DNA of 64,000 nucleotides from Octopus sinensis (Eukaryota). The notes below the pieces were generated by a model. That model searched no databases and was not told where the DNA came from. It was given only the letters and a program-made list of their open reading frames with translations. The translations under genes were made by a program, and so were the position numbers. The stretch lies in assembly GCF_006345805.1 (NCBI RefSeq), contig NC_042998.1, positions 98,022,001 through 98,086,000 of the forward strand, read 5' to 3'. Within the stretch, counting starts at the first letter, position 1. Each line of letters opens with the position of its first letter. This document shows positions 14,033 through 25,830 of the stretch, piece by piece.

Positions 14033-14436
14033 TTTTATTTTCTTATTTACTTGTTTCAATCATTAGACTGTGACCATGCTGGGGCACCACCTTGAAGAAT
14101 TTTTAATTGAATTAATCGACACCAGTACTTTTTTTTTTTTAAAGCCTGGTATTTATTCCAGTGATCTCTTTTGCCAAACTGCTAAACTACAAGGAAGTAA
14201 ATACAGCAACACCAGTTGGCAGGCAGTGGCATGATGGATGCACACATGCACACACAATGGGCTCCTTTCAGTTTCCATCTACCAAATCCGCTTACAATGC
14301 TTTGGTTGGCCCAAAGCATTGTAAAAGCATTGGCCCAAAGCATTGTAAAAGACACCTGCCCAAGGTGCCATGCTGTGGAACTGAACTCAGAACCATGTGG
14401 TTAGAAAGTAAACTTCTTAATCACACAGCCATGCCT
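14033..14436 (-). mobile_element. tRNA-derived SINE, degenerate
   Basis: Reverse-complement match to the 26966 SINE (tail GTTTCAATCATTAGACTGTGACCATGCTGGGGCACC; head CTTCTTAATCACACAGCCATGCC). Confidence 0.8.
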
Positions 14437-15129
14437 TTACCTATTTATTTTAAAAAAGAAAAGAAACTTATCCATCCTAATGTACACATTTAGTAATTCA
14501 TTTACAAATTGTTCATACTCATATTGCTTTTAAAATCCCACTCATGATGAACTTCTAAAACTTCTGGATTTGGCTCATTCTCTTCTAAATGTAGATACAT
14601 AACAGCCTAGCTTATTTCTAACACTATCATTGTAGGTTCCACTTCAACTTTATTCTCAATAGCCAACCAGTTTCCAAGCTCTTATTTTTGTATACAATCT
14701 TCAGTTCTGACAAGAATTTCATTTGTGATGAACTCTAATTCTTTGTTAACAAGAATTTTTCTGTTTTTTTTTTTAGAAAATCCATTTTCCTTTCAAAAAA
14801 ATTTGAACAGTTCTCTCAAAGACTTGACTCAATGATGCTAACATGTACAATGCAACAAGAAAGGAAATCCATTTTACAATAACATTTATATCAGATTAAC
14901 TTTGAATAAAATGAAGTTCAATTAAAATTCTTGGACATATTTCTCTTCAGTAATAAACCTTTTACAGGTTATAATACTTTGGTTGCATGAGTGAATTAAA
15001 TATGAAGTACTTAAAGGCAAGAAAATTAATTCCACGTTCTTTAATGGCAAATTATTTTTGTGTACTGTTGTCAATTAACAAGATAATTTTTCAATTTAAC
15101 TACAATTCTCATTTGATCATTTAAGTAAA

Positions 15130-17020
15130 TACCATGTTTCCCTGAAAATAAGACAGGGCACTCCAAAATGATGCACTAGGGCTTATTTTCAGGAGTTCAT
15201 ATTTTTTTCGTGTACTGAAAAACAATATTATGAAATAGAAAATTATGAAATTGCTAAAACAAAAATTACAAAGAACGATGTACATTGACAATTTATTATG
15301 ACAGAAATTTATTAAACAGAAATAACAAAAAACGATCTATATTTACTTGATGATTTACATGTTCTTTTACTCAGAAACAACAGTCATGTCATCGTCCTCT
15401 GGAATGTCATTGTTCTGTAAATCACCAAATTCCAAAATTCTTGCAAAGTTTTCATGTGACTCCATTTCTTGCAGAACTTTCATCCCCAATCTCTCATGTT
15501 GAGTAATAGAAGTCTCATTGAATGAGAAGTTCTTGTTCAGGTAGCCTGCTTGTTGCGCATTGGCAACACAGCTGTCTGATTTTGTTCCATGAATTCATCA
15601 CCCAAGTCACAATTTCTTGCAGGCTGGATTTCACAAAATTTCCATGCTGATTTCTCATCATTGTTTTCAATATAGTCATTGATTTCCTTGAATGGTTTAT
15701 TTATTGCAATGTCAAGAGTCTGCAGATACGCAGTCATTCCTGCAGGAATCAGGATTTGATCTATTCTCCTTTCTGTAAGGAAGTTCTTCATGCCTTTTGT
15801 GCTACCTGAATCCCAGACCTCTTTGACCTCCTACCAATGTGCACCATGCCTTTTCAGTTTCCAGAATACGGATGCCTGAAATGTGTTCAATTTTATCCTT
15901 CCTACTTTTAGTGATGATTAGAAGTGGAGCTTTACTTTCATCAAGACGAATTGCCAAAATACATGTAACTCATGCACTTTTGTAACCAATGGAGGGAATG
16001 TAGATTGATGATACACTCCTTTGATCAATTGTCAGTTGAGATCCTTGGCCCATGAACACTGCAGTTTCATCCATAGCAATCATGTTTGAGTGATGGTGTT
16101 TAGAAAAATCTATCCCATCAACAAAGGACTTAAATGCAAGTGCACATTTAATAATCTCTATCTTCCAGTTTGAACAGTGTTGCCGGCCTTCTCAGAGAAA
16201 GTTCATGTTGCTGATGGAAACCATCCAGCCAGTGTTGTGATACTTTCAATTCTTTTGGAAATATACCAAACTGTGGTAAATTTGCAAGGGAAAATGCTGG
16301 AATATCAACCCTGTAAACAACCAAAGCCTTTGCTCTCCTGTCAGCAACCCATTCAAAGATGACATCTCCAAGCTCAGAAAATAGTGGTTGCTGACCTGAT
16401 CCACACTTGTGTTTCTCTGCATTTCCCTCGTCCACTTGTTGACTGAATTTATCGTAGTCTATTCACCATTTTCGAACTATTCAGAGATCCAAATTCTTTT
16501 CTTTACAGAAAACAGTAAGATTCTTGCTCAGTGATTCCTCCATGATTCTTTCTTGCACTCAATGGAATAACTCTTTCTGTTGGCACTCATCTTCTCTTGG
16601 GGTGAAAATGACCTGACAAATGATTTCTCATTCAATTTCATCATGTTGTTTTCTAGGAGATTTTTGCCTTGAAAGAAAATGTTTACTATGTTTTTTTTTT
16701 TTTGCTTCTGCTGACCAGTACTGACATTGATGAACATGTTACATGATACATTTGAGAGCTCCAAACATGGCTGTCGATTGAAGTATAACTTGTTAATATT
16801 TGAGTTACAAAAGAGACACCAGGATAGATTTTGTGACGTTTTTAGCCACCAAAAAGATATTTTGAACAGTGTATATACAGTAGTTTGAATCAATATGAAG
16901 AGGTTGCATATTTCTTCCATCTGTCTGCTGCTCTCAACTGGGGCTTATTTTAAGGGAAGGGCTTACATTAAAATCATCCTGAAAAATCATGCTAGGACTT
17001 ATTTTCTGAGAAACACGGTA
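15130..17020 (-). mobile_element. pogo-superfamily DNA transposon with pseudogenised transposase
   Basis: Imperfect 25-bp TIRs (TACCATGTTTCCCTGAAAATAAGAC versus TACCGTGTTTCTCAGAAAATAAGTC) with terminal TA. Minus-strand remnants in order: Brinker-like HTH (MSANRKSYSIECKK...IVRKW), CENP-B HTH (LFSELGDVIFEWV...VSQHWLDGF...HELSLRR), and DDE motifs AMDET, VWDS and IPAGMTAYLQTLDIAINKPFK, with stops and frameshifts. Confidence 0.92.
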
Positions 17021-17280
17021 GTTGCTAAAAGCAAATGAAGTAATCCACACATTTGCATTTACACAGTAACGAGCAGATAACCTTTTGACACCTTCAAAAC
17101 ACTAATATATATATATTTTCTGTATAAATTTACTAAAACTATTAAATGGTTAATTAGTTTTTGAAGTCTGACATACACACACACACACTGTTTTTTAACA
17201 CAATCTGTCTTAGAGGGGTCTACTCTGGACAAAATACTGCAACTTTGCATCATTTAAACATACACATATATTAGTTATGT

Positions 17281-17341
<61 letters not shown>

Positions 17342-17345
<4 letters not shown>

Positions 17346-19194
17346 ATAAAAACTCATGTAATTTACACGTTTTTTTGCAAAAATAAAAATAAACTTTAGG
17401 AGGTATGTAAATTACATGAGTAGATTGTTTCCAGAATTTGTTTTTTGAATTTTTTTTTTGTTGAAAGAAGACTTACAAAATGTAAAAATTCGTACTGGAA
17501 GTTGACTCATTTAATGTCAGAATAGGTTTTTACAGTAAAAATAATGGTTTAAATACGCATAATGAAGTTGACTTTTATTTATGCTGGAATGTATAATGCT
17601 TACTTTTTCTGTATAAATTTACTAAAACTATTAAATGGTTAACTAGCTTTTGAAGTCTGACATTCATACTGGTAAACACAGTCTGGGCCATATTGTACAT
17701 TGCTTGGAGTTTCTACCTATCGCTATGGAGCACACATTTAATTTCTCCTTCGCAGTAAACAATTCTTAAAATTTTATAAGTGTGAAAGGGATTAAAATTT
17801 CGATACTCCATATGAAATGTTCCAACAAGAATAGGCAGAAAAGAATTCTGTCTACATAATCAGTTTGATCGGTCACCTTCCTCTGCCAGTTGAGTAAAGT
17901 ATCATCCAAGCTGATGTTTATTGGTAATTTAACTTAATTTGCAATACCTGTGCGTATTAATCAGCTTTGCTTTTGTTGGTAATTCTTAAATTTTCCTGTG
18001 ATTATGATTTGAGAAGACATACAGCAGTATGCTAAAGATCAGACATAATCTCATGTGGGCAAGAAATGTAAAATAAAGTTTATGATAAACAACACAAACA
18101 CTGTAATTTAATAGCTTTCAATGTGATACCTGTTAAACAGAAATTATTTTGGTGACATTGATGATCGCCTGGGGCTAAATGCATCAGTAACACCCCCACC
18201 GCCCTGCCCTGTCCCTAGCCACATTCAAATGGCTAATGTCCCTTATGTGATGGAGCAGTTACTGTCTATATCTCGTTTAGAGAATTATTATTGCTGTCGA
18301 ACAGATTTTCGAAATCAGTAAATGTATTTACGTGAAAATCTATATATAGATATCCTGCACAGGAAGTTGTTCATCGAGGAGCGGTGCCTGCCATACGTTG
18401 ACGGTAGGCAAATACCTTGAAACCTGGGTCTGTATGTGGCATCCGCTTCTTCGGGAAATGATCTCCCTTTACAGGATAGAGGACACCGTGATGGTGTCAG
18501 CCTATCTGGTGACGTTGATGATCGCCTGGGGCTAAATGCATCAGTAACACCCCCACCGCCCTGCCCTGTCCCTAGCCATATTCAAATGGCTAATGTCCCT
18601 TATGTGATGGAGCAGTTACTGTCTATATCTCATTTAGAGAATTATTATTGCTGTCGAACAGATTTTCGAAATCAGTAAATGTATTTACGTGAAAATCTAT
18701 ATATAAATATCCTGCACAGGAAGTTGTTCGTCGAGGAGCGGTGCCTGCCATACGTTGACGATAGGCAAATACCTTGAAACCTGGGTCCGTATGTGGCATC
18801 CGCTTCTTCGGGGAATGATCTCCCTTTGCAGGATAGAGGACACCATGATGGTGTCAGCCTATCTGGTGACGTTGATGATCGCCTGGGGCTAAATGCATCA
18901 GTAACACCCCTACCGCCCTGCCCTGTCCCTAGCCACATTCAAATGGCTAATGTCCCTTATGTGATGGAGCAGTTACTGTCTATATCTCGTTTAGAGAATT
19001 ATTATTGCTAATAAAATCTAATTATAAGTGAAATTAAGCTAAATACAACTAAACTGAAAACCTTTTGCCCCTGGCTAAATCAGCAATTCTGAGAACTTTT
19101 AGGTGCGAATTTTACATGAGAAGAAGCTTTTTTAAACCAGAAAATCACCAGCATAAATTACACAGGTGCACAAATTACATGGGTTTTTATGGTA
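17342..19194. mobile_element. Non-autonomous Tc1/mariner/pogo-type TIR element (about 1.85 kb) carrying non-transposase cargo
   Basis: TIRs TACCATAAAAACTCATGTAATTT (left) versus TACCATAAAAACCCATGTAATTT (right, reverse complement); terminal TA; left end inside a (TA)n run; subterminal AAATTACATG/ATTTACATG motifs at both ends; no transposase motif seen. Confidence 0.85.
18151..19009 (+). repeat. Tandem array, 357-bp unit, 2.4 copies
   Basis: Units start at 18151, 18508 and 18865; units 1 and 2 differ at 10 of 357 positions. Confidence 0.97.
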
Positions 19195-20394
19195 TACTAG
19201 CAGCTAAGCCCGGTTTCAACTGGTCGGTTTGGATGAAGTGGCTGTAAAACCTGCTCTGTGTAAGCATTCAACTTGTTTCGGCACACTTACGTTAAAATAT
19301 TTTAGAATTACTTTTTTCTGTCAAAACACTAAAAATAACTGACCAACAAAAAAAAAACAGCCAAGATTCAACCAAATCAAAAAATAAACCTAAATACTAA
19401 GCAAACAAAGATGAACCATCCCACTTCCATTGCGTGCACACATCCCTTTTTCATACACACAGTTGAAACACTGATTTAGTTTTTCAGTGTACAATTTTCA
19501 TCACCCCTTCCTTTCTCATTCATAAACACAAGAATATTATTATAGTAGATTATCTTGGTAACCATGGGAGCTATGAAAAAAATACAAAGCCCAGCATCAC
19601 CACCGGATCATTCTACACATCTGTGTAATTTTTCACACAATTCCACCCAGCTGTTTGACCATGAATCCCAAGAAAGAATCGCCCATGTCAAATTTATATG
19701 TAAAGATACATAAGAGAGAGAGACTTTCAGGGTGGGGTGCAATTTGAATATTTCAACACTATCAGTCATATTAATTTTCTAATAAGTGATGCAATCAAAA
19801 GGACTTGAGGTTTGGAATTTGGATGTTATAATTGGTATATGTCTCCCAGGAGGTTTATAGGTCTCAAAATGGATCCTTAAATATATTTTTAATCTTCATG
19901 TCAGAATTATGTTGACAAAACTGGAGATCACCATAAAGGTAATCTTACATATAATATTAATAGAAACAAACATATTGATACTATAACAAGAAACAAACAT
20001 ATTGATAATATTACTTAATACATTTTAGATACAGAATTAAACAGAAACTAATAAAATTAATTTCCATACATTTTCTATGGTATATACATAAATAAACTTG
20101 AGCAAAACCAGGACAAATTATTTCAGTGACATTAAAATAGAAGACTTGCTTAGTGTGGAAGATATATTTCAAATAACAAAATATATTGGTATTTGACCAT
20201 CAAAACATATTTCTTTTTCACCTCTAAACATTCAATTTATTTCCATATGTGAAACACTTCAAATTATGTTCAAAAAGATGTTACTACTTGTGATGTGATT
20301 GCTGAAATTACTTAAGGAAGTAACATATCTGAATGTATTTATTCATGGTATCTTCATAGTTACAATTATCATATAATATTGTTGATGATGATGA

Positions 20395-20575
20395 AATAAT
20401 AATAATAATGAACTTATTGTATACAGTGCTCAGGTGCACTACAATTAGTCAGAAAAAGTAACAGAGTATGCACAGGAAGTGAACAGTGAATAAATCTAAC
20501 AAAAAAAAAACAGGTGTGGGGGGCATTGAGTGTACTGTTGGCAAATTTCAAATAGCATGGAAATTTTGAAGGATG
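20395..20575 (-). mobile_element. CR1-type LINE 3' end fragment
   Basis: (AAT)n tail plus TACAGTGCTCAGGTGCACTAC, identical to the tail of the RT-coding CR1 at 20704; also shares GCATGG...AAGGATG with the end of its ORF. Confidence 0.75.
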
Positions 20576-20576
<1 letters not shown>

Positions 20577-20612
<36 letters not shown>

Positions 20613-20700
20613 TTAGCGTCCGTTCTCCATGCTAGCATGGGTTGGACGGTTCAACTGGGGTCTATGAAGCTGGAAGGCTTCATCAGGCCCAGTCAGATCT
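20577..20700 (-). mobile_element. RTE-tail fragment with (CAT)n tail
   Basis: Close match to 11456-11555. Confidence 0.8.
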
Positions 20701-20703
20701 ATA

Positions 20704-21653
20704 TAATAAATAATAATAATAATAATAATAATAATTGTGTACAGTGCTCAGGTGCACTACAACTCATCTAAAGTGTATATATAATCAGGTGTAGTTTCGG
20801 CGGATTTCGGAAAGCATGAGGGCCTTAAAGGATGCAGTGTCATGGCAGTCAACAACTGACGCAGGCAGTTTATTCCATGCTTCAGCAACTCTGAGCGTGA
20901 AAAAATGTTTCCGAAAGTCATGGGAGCTGTGTTGTTTTCTGACTTTGTAGGCATGTCCACGTGTGTTGGACACATGGAGATCAAAAAGGTGTTCAGTGTT
21001 GTTGTTGGTGAGGTGGTTGATAACTTTGAGGGTGTTTACCAAGTCCATCGCCAGACGCCGGAGCTTCAGTGAATCCATACCCAGAGAAACAAGGCGCTCA
21101 GAATATGGTAGGTGTCTGATGGAGGGTATGCATTTGGTTGCACGTCTCTGGACAGATTCCAGGAGGTCAATGTTCTGAGCAAGATAGGGGTTCCAAACTG
21201 ATGATGCGAATTCCAAGTGTGGTTGTACCATAGCTGTATACAGTTTTAAATAGATGGCTGGAGAGCGGCTAACAAAAGTCTTGCTGAGTGATGCCAAGAC
21301 ACCCTCGGCCTTCTTGACAATTTTAGAGATATGCTTTGTCCAACGCAAATCACTGCTGACAGTGGTGCCTAGGTCACGCTCGCAAGAGGATTTCTTGATA
21401 TCAGTGTTGTGGAGGGAGTATGTGGACGCAGGGTTTTTTTCTCCCAAAATGCATGGTGGTACACTTGTCCACAGCCAGTTTCAGTTGCCAGTCTGTGATC
21501 CATTGCTGCATTGTGTCTAGGTCTGATTGCAGGAAAGAGTTGTAGACATCAGGATCTGTCCTCTTGATTTCAAGGTACAGCTTGATGTCGTCTGCATATT
21601 TCAATACTGTGGCATTCTTTAAATTGGCATCTATGTCATTAATGTATGCCACA
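20704..21653 (-). mobile_element. 5'-truncated CR1-clade LINE (C-terminal RT domain and 3' UTR)
   Basis: ORFs give AYINDI...KYADDIKLY...LQSDLD...W...WQL...KC, then ERDLG...HLEFASSVWNPY...LESVQRRATK...TRGH...FFTLRV...WNKLP, typical of CR1 ORF2; one frameshift near 21430; (ATT)n tail. Confidence 0.93.
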
Positions 21654-22106
21654 TTATATATTATATATAAAATGTTATATATAAAATATTCTATAAAATG
21701 GGCTGTCAATTGAAGTGTGTGAGTGTGTATATATTTATATATATATGCATACATATATTTTGTTTGTATTTTGCTATAATAAAAACAACTTTACATTAAA
21801 CTAAAGGATTACTCAATATATTTGTATAGAGAACAATGATTTTAAAGTTTAAGCCTACTAAGCAATCATCAAACAGTTCAATGATGGCTTAGCAAGTCGT
21901 ATAAATATACATACATACATACATTACTGTATCAACCAGGTTATCAGATGTTATACATCACTGGTCACAATGTGTTATATACATACATTTGCATATATGA
22001 TTGTGTGTGTTTTTACAAACTCACACAATCATAATTATACACATACATACATACACACACACATGCACATATACACATTCATACATACACTCATACACAT
22101 ACACAG

Positions 22107-23360
22107 AGGGTGCATCAGTTTTTTTGGAGGTCATGTCTATGAATTAAAAAAAAAAAGATGCATATCCCATCAAAGAAAAGCTGTATTTGAAAACAAGTTG
22201 GAACAATGTGTTGAGAATCTTTTTATCCCACCTATTCAATGAATCCACTGTTAGCATCAACAGCTGCTTCAATATGGGTACAGAAGAGCTGACATGCTCG
22301 AATCAAATGATTTATATCAATTTTGGACATAATACTGGTTATGGCAGATTTGAGAGATTCTATGGTGTCATGGGGGTGTTGATTGACCTTTCTCTTGTCT
22401 ATGCTCCATATGTAATAGACCAGTGAATTGAAATCTGGTGAGCTAGGAGGCTATGTGTCTGAGAGAAGATGATCATGGAGATTAGCAGGCATCCACATGT
22501 GGATTGTCCCAGCCTTATGAAATAGTGCAGAGCCTTGTTGGAAGACATAGAGTCTTCCATTGTATACTCTGTCTATCCAGGGCCTCACAAGTTCCAACAC
22601 CGCTGTGTAGGCAGCAGCAATGACTCTTCAACCCTGTGGGAAAGAGTGAGGAGGCATGTCATCTCCCTCATTACTGATGACTCCAGAACCATCAAAGTTG
22701 CTGGGAACTTAATGCACATGACCATTGGAACCTCGTTCAGGTCTCTGCATAACCATCTGAAATTCCTTCAGATTATCTTCTGCTTTTTATCAAAGTTTTT
22801 TTTTTTTTTTTTTTCATAGGAGAAAAACCAAAGCATTCTAACTTCTTTGGATTTTAACTTGTTTAGCAAGCACTTCACACAGATTGAAAAATTCTCTCTC
22901 ATTACACCTAGCACAAACTGACTCCTCCACATCACATACGACTTGTACTGGACGTTCTCATGCACAACTCCTCGGGTGGTGCATTCTGAAACCTCAAGGT
23001 CCTCTGCAATGTCTTTGTACAAGAAGTCTAAGAAATAATCAATAAAAACCCTGGAAAGTCAATCAAAGTTATGTGTTCTGATAGTATTAGGACCCTGTGC
23101 ATATATTTTGCATTTAGCTTCTGACACTGGACCTCGGTCAACAGCATCCAGCTACTTTTGAACTTTAACGATAAAGGATCAGGCAACTTTCAAGAAGTGA
23201 GCCATCTCTGTATTACTATGTTCTATTTTAAAGGCAACAATTACAGCAAGCCTTTTCATTTGCTGAATGATGTCTGACATTATGTATCTGTAAAGTAAGG
23301 TAAAAAAAAAATAAGAAAGAGCTCTTGGGAGGAGGTGTCCTTAAAAAACTGATGCACCCT
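22107..23360 (-). mobile_element. Tc1/mariner transposon, maT (DD37D)-like, decayed
   Basis: 18-bp TIR AGGGTGCATCAGTTTTTT at both ends. Remnant reads IAEDLEVSECTTRGVVHE...WFFSYEK..NFD...KFPATLMVL...YVFQQGSALFHKA...PPSSPDFNSLVYYIW...IEAAVDANSGFIE with stops, frameshifts and a 19-T expansion at 22796-22814. Confidence 0.9.
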
Positions 23361-23366
23361 GGACAC

Positions 23367-23369
<3 letters not shown>

Positions 23370-23425
<56 letters not shown>
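23370..23425. repeat. (CA)n microsatellite
   Basis: Direct reading. Confidence 0.95.
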
Positions 23426-23429
<4 letters not shown>

Positions 23430-25577
23430 TGTGTGTATGAATATATGCATGTATAAATGAAAGATAAATAGAAATATAATTGATCTCAAATATAATAAAA
23501 ATAAACAATGCATCTCAAAACTTTAAGGATAAAATATTCAGTAAATTTCCAAGAACTTTTGACTATTTATACAATAGGACTTTAGGCAAACTCTATTCCA
23601 CTGCCTTAAGTGATTTTCATGCAGTTGACCATATAGTAGGTCAGTGCAATTCTAACACATGCACTCATCTACTAATACAATCCTTTTAGGTTTGCACTGC
23701 TTTATTCTTTTCATGTGAAAGGCTCTGCACCTAAAAATTCATGCATCTTGCATAATAACATTGTGATTGCTTTATATTCATAAATATCTTTAGTAAAAAA
23801 AGCAAAGGCTTTATCTGCATGAGGTGAAGGGAGAGGGGGTTCTAGAATCTTAGATAATCATATATCTAACACTGCTTTTGTAATAGCATGAAACTTTGTT
23901 TCAATAATCATCCTTGCGAAAATTCACTCCTAATAAACTGTGTGTGAATGAAGTAACCCTTTAAAAAAAAAGACTAACATTTCATGTACAGCACATGTCT
24001 ATAAATAAAGCAAATACAAGAAAAAAATTAACATAATTTGGCTATTGTAAATTAGGAAAAATTTGCAGTAACCCATATATTTCCTTTTTAAAATTGTAAG
24101 GCATTTCCCTTCTATCTCTTTCTCTACTTTCTTCTTTTGTTGAGAACCTAATGCTGAATTCATTAACCATTCAAAATTTTCATAGCTTCAACTTGTGCAG
24201 CAAAGCAAAAATGGAAAATAAAATCTTTGGCTGCAAAGATGCCACCAAATTTCAAGTTTTTCGGTTTGATCTAATTAATAACTTAACTACCAGGAACTGC
24301 ACTCGTATATCAACCATTAGAAGTTTACTGGGATTATTTCTGTTCAAATGCAATTGACTTCATCATATTTCTAATTTTACCTCTTACTTTAGAAAGGGTC
24401 ATAACTGTTGAGAGACTTCTCAGTGAAAAGTTATGATATTCTTTTGAGTCCCTAATGTCATATACAGTGTTATATGTGAGGAAGTCGAAGTTATTATGTT
24501 ATTGAGTCTAAATCACATTACAAGAAAGATATATGAGTAATGGACAGCCCTATGTTGACTTGAAAGTTGATAAGTAATTCATTTGGTGGTTTACAATATT
24601 AACACTGAATTTTATATTGAAATTAACAGATGACCTTAACACTTACAGCATATATTGACAGATATGCATGGTGAAGTGAGAGCAATTACTTCTTTTGAAA
24701 TTCTGTATATGTCAGTAAAGATCTAAACTACAAAACCCACAAGCAAACTTAGGTGTAATGCTTAACACAATAGGCCAAAAGAAAGACTTATCATACTAAT
24801 ATACTTATCTATTTTTTATTCATATGTGAAAAATAAATATCATGCTATGTGCAAACATACAAAATATGAATATTTAACTCTTTGGTGAATATAAGTATTA
24901 AAAATCATAATATAAAGTTATTTTTATTAAATTGACAATAAGAAATCTAAACCATTGCTATTATACCTTGTTTTTTAATGAGAAAGATGAAGCAGGTAAA
25001 AACTGTGCTAGATATGTTATGAAACCTTGTCTACTTGAGCTCTAATCTTGTCTTAATAGTTTTACTCTTCATACATTCAGAGATATTTAAAGGAATATCA
25101 TTAATATATATAGAAGAATGAATGAACTCAAAATTAGCATCCCATCCTACAAAAATCATTTCTAGTTTTAGAGTTATAATAATCATTTTTAGTTTTAGAG
25201 TTTCTAAAACCTTATAACAAGGTAATAATGTATGTACAATTCTAATTCACAAAATTTTAAAATAAATATATGCATATTTCCTAAATTCAAATTCAGCTCC
25301 TACACAATTATCAACTTTACTTCCAAACTTAAAAATGGACAAAATCACTCTATAAACATAAATGTTGTAAAATATTACAGATTGTAGGCAGCATACTAGA
25401 GTGTGGAGTCGGTTTTAAGATGAGTTCAAGTCATTTATAGAAACATTAGAAGACATCATTAGAAAATTTAGTAAATCTATTTAACTCTAACACACACCAA
25501 ATTTTAATGAACTCCAAATGACAAAGCAGCTTAAAATAATCATCTGTAATGTTACTTTTTAAATGGAAATGGAAAAT

Positions 25578-25830
25578 ACCATATCATAAGTGGTGGGATT
25601 CTGGCTCAGGTACCATAGCATAGGTATTATATATGTATGATACAGTTCAGACATAGGTACCATATAAGTGGTAAAATCTGAAATCATAGATTATAAGTAC
25701 TGAAATCATAGATTATATAATCCTGTCAGAGCAAGTACAATATCATGGGTAGTATATTCATGACAAACAAAGTAATGCATCGTAAGTGGTCAAACTCTGA
25801 CATAGATACAATAGAACAGGTGGTGAGATC
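25578..25830 (+). repeat. Degenerate minisatellite-like region
   Basis: Recurring TACCAT...TAAGTGGT, CTGA(A/C)ATCATAGAT(T/A)A motifs at about 20-35 bp spacing; unit boundaries unclear. Confidence 0.45.

Noticed and set aside
18151-19009. 357-bp array as a CRISPR array or hammerhead retrozyme
   Set aside because: No repeat-spacer alternation. The closest cores (CTGATGC; CTGATTTCGAAA on the minus strand) lack the invariant CUGANGA.
18436-19011. Repeated ORFs MASASSGNDLPLQDRGH... as a tandem gene family
   Set aside because: They start at GTG, match no recognised domain and are by-products of the tandem unit; a captured exon cannot be excluded without a database search.
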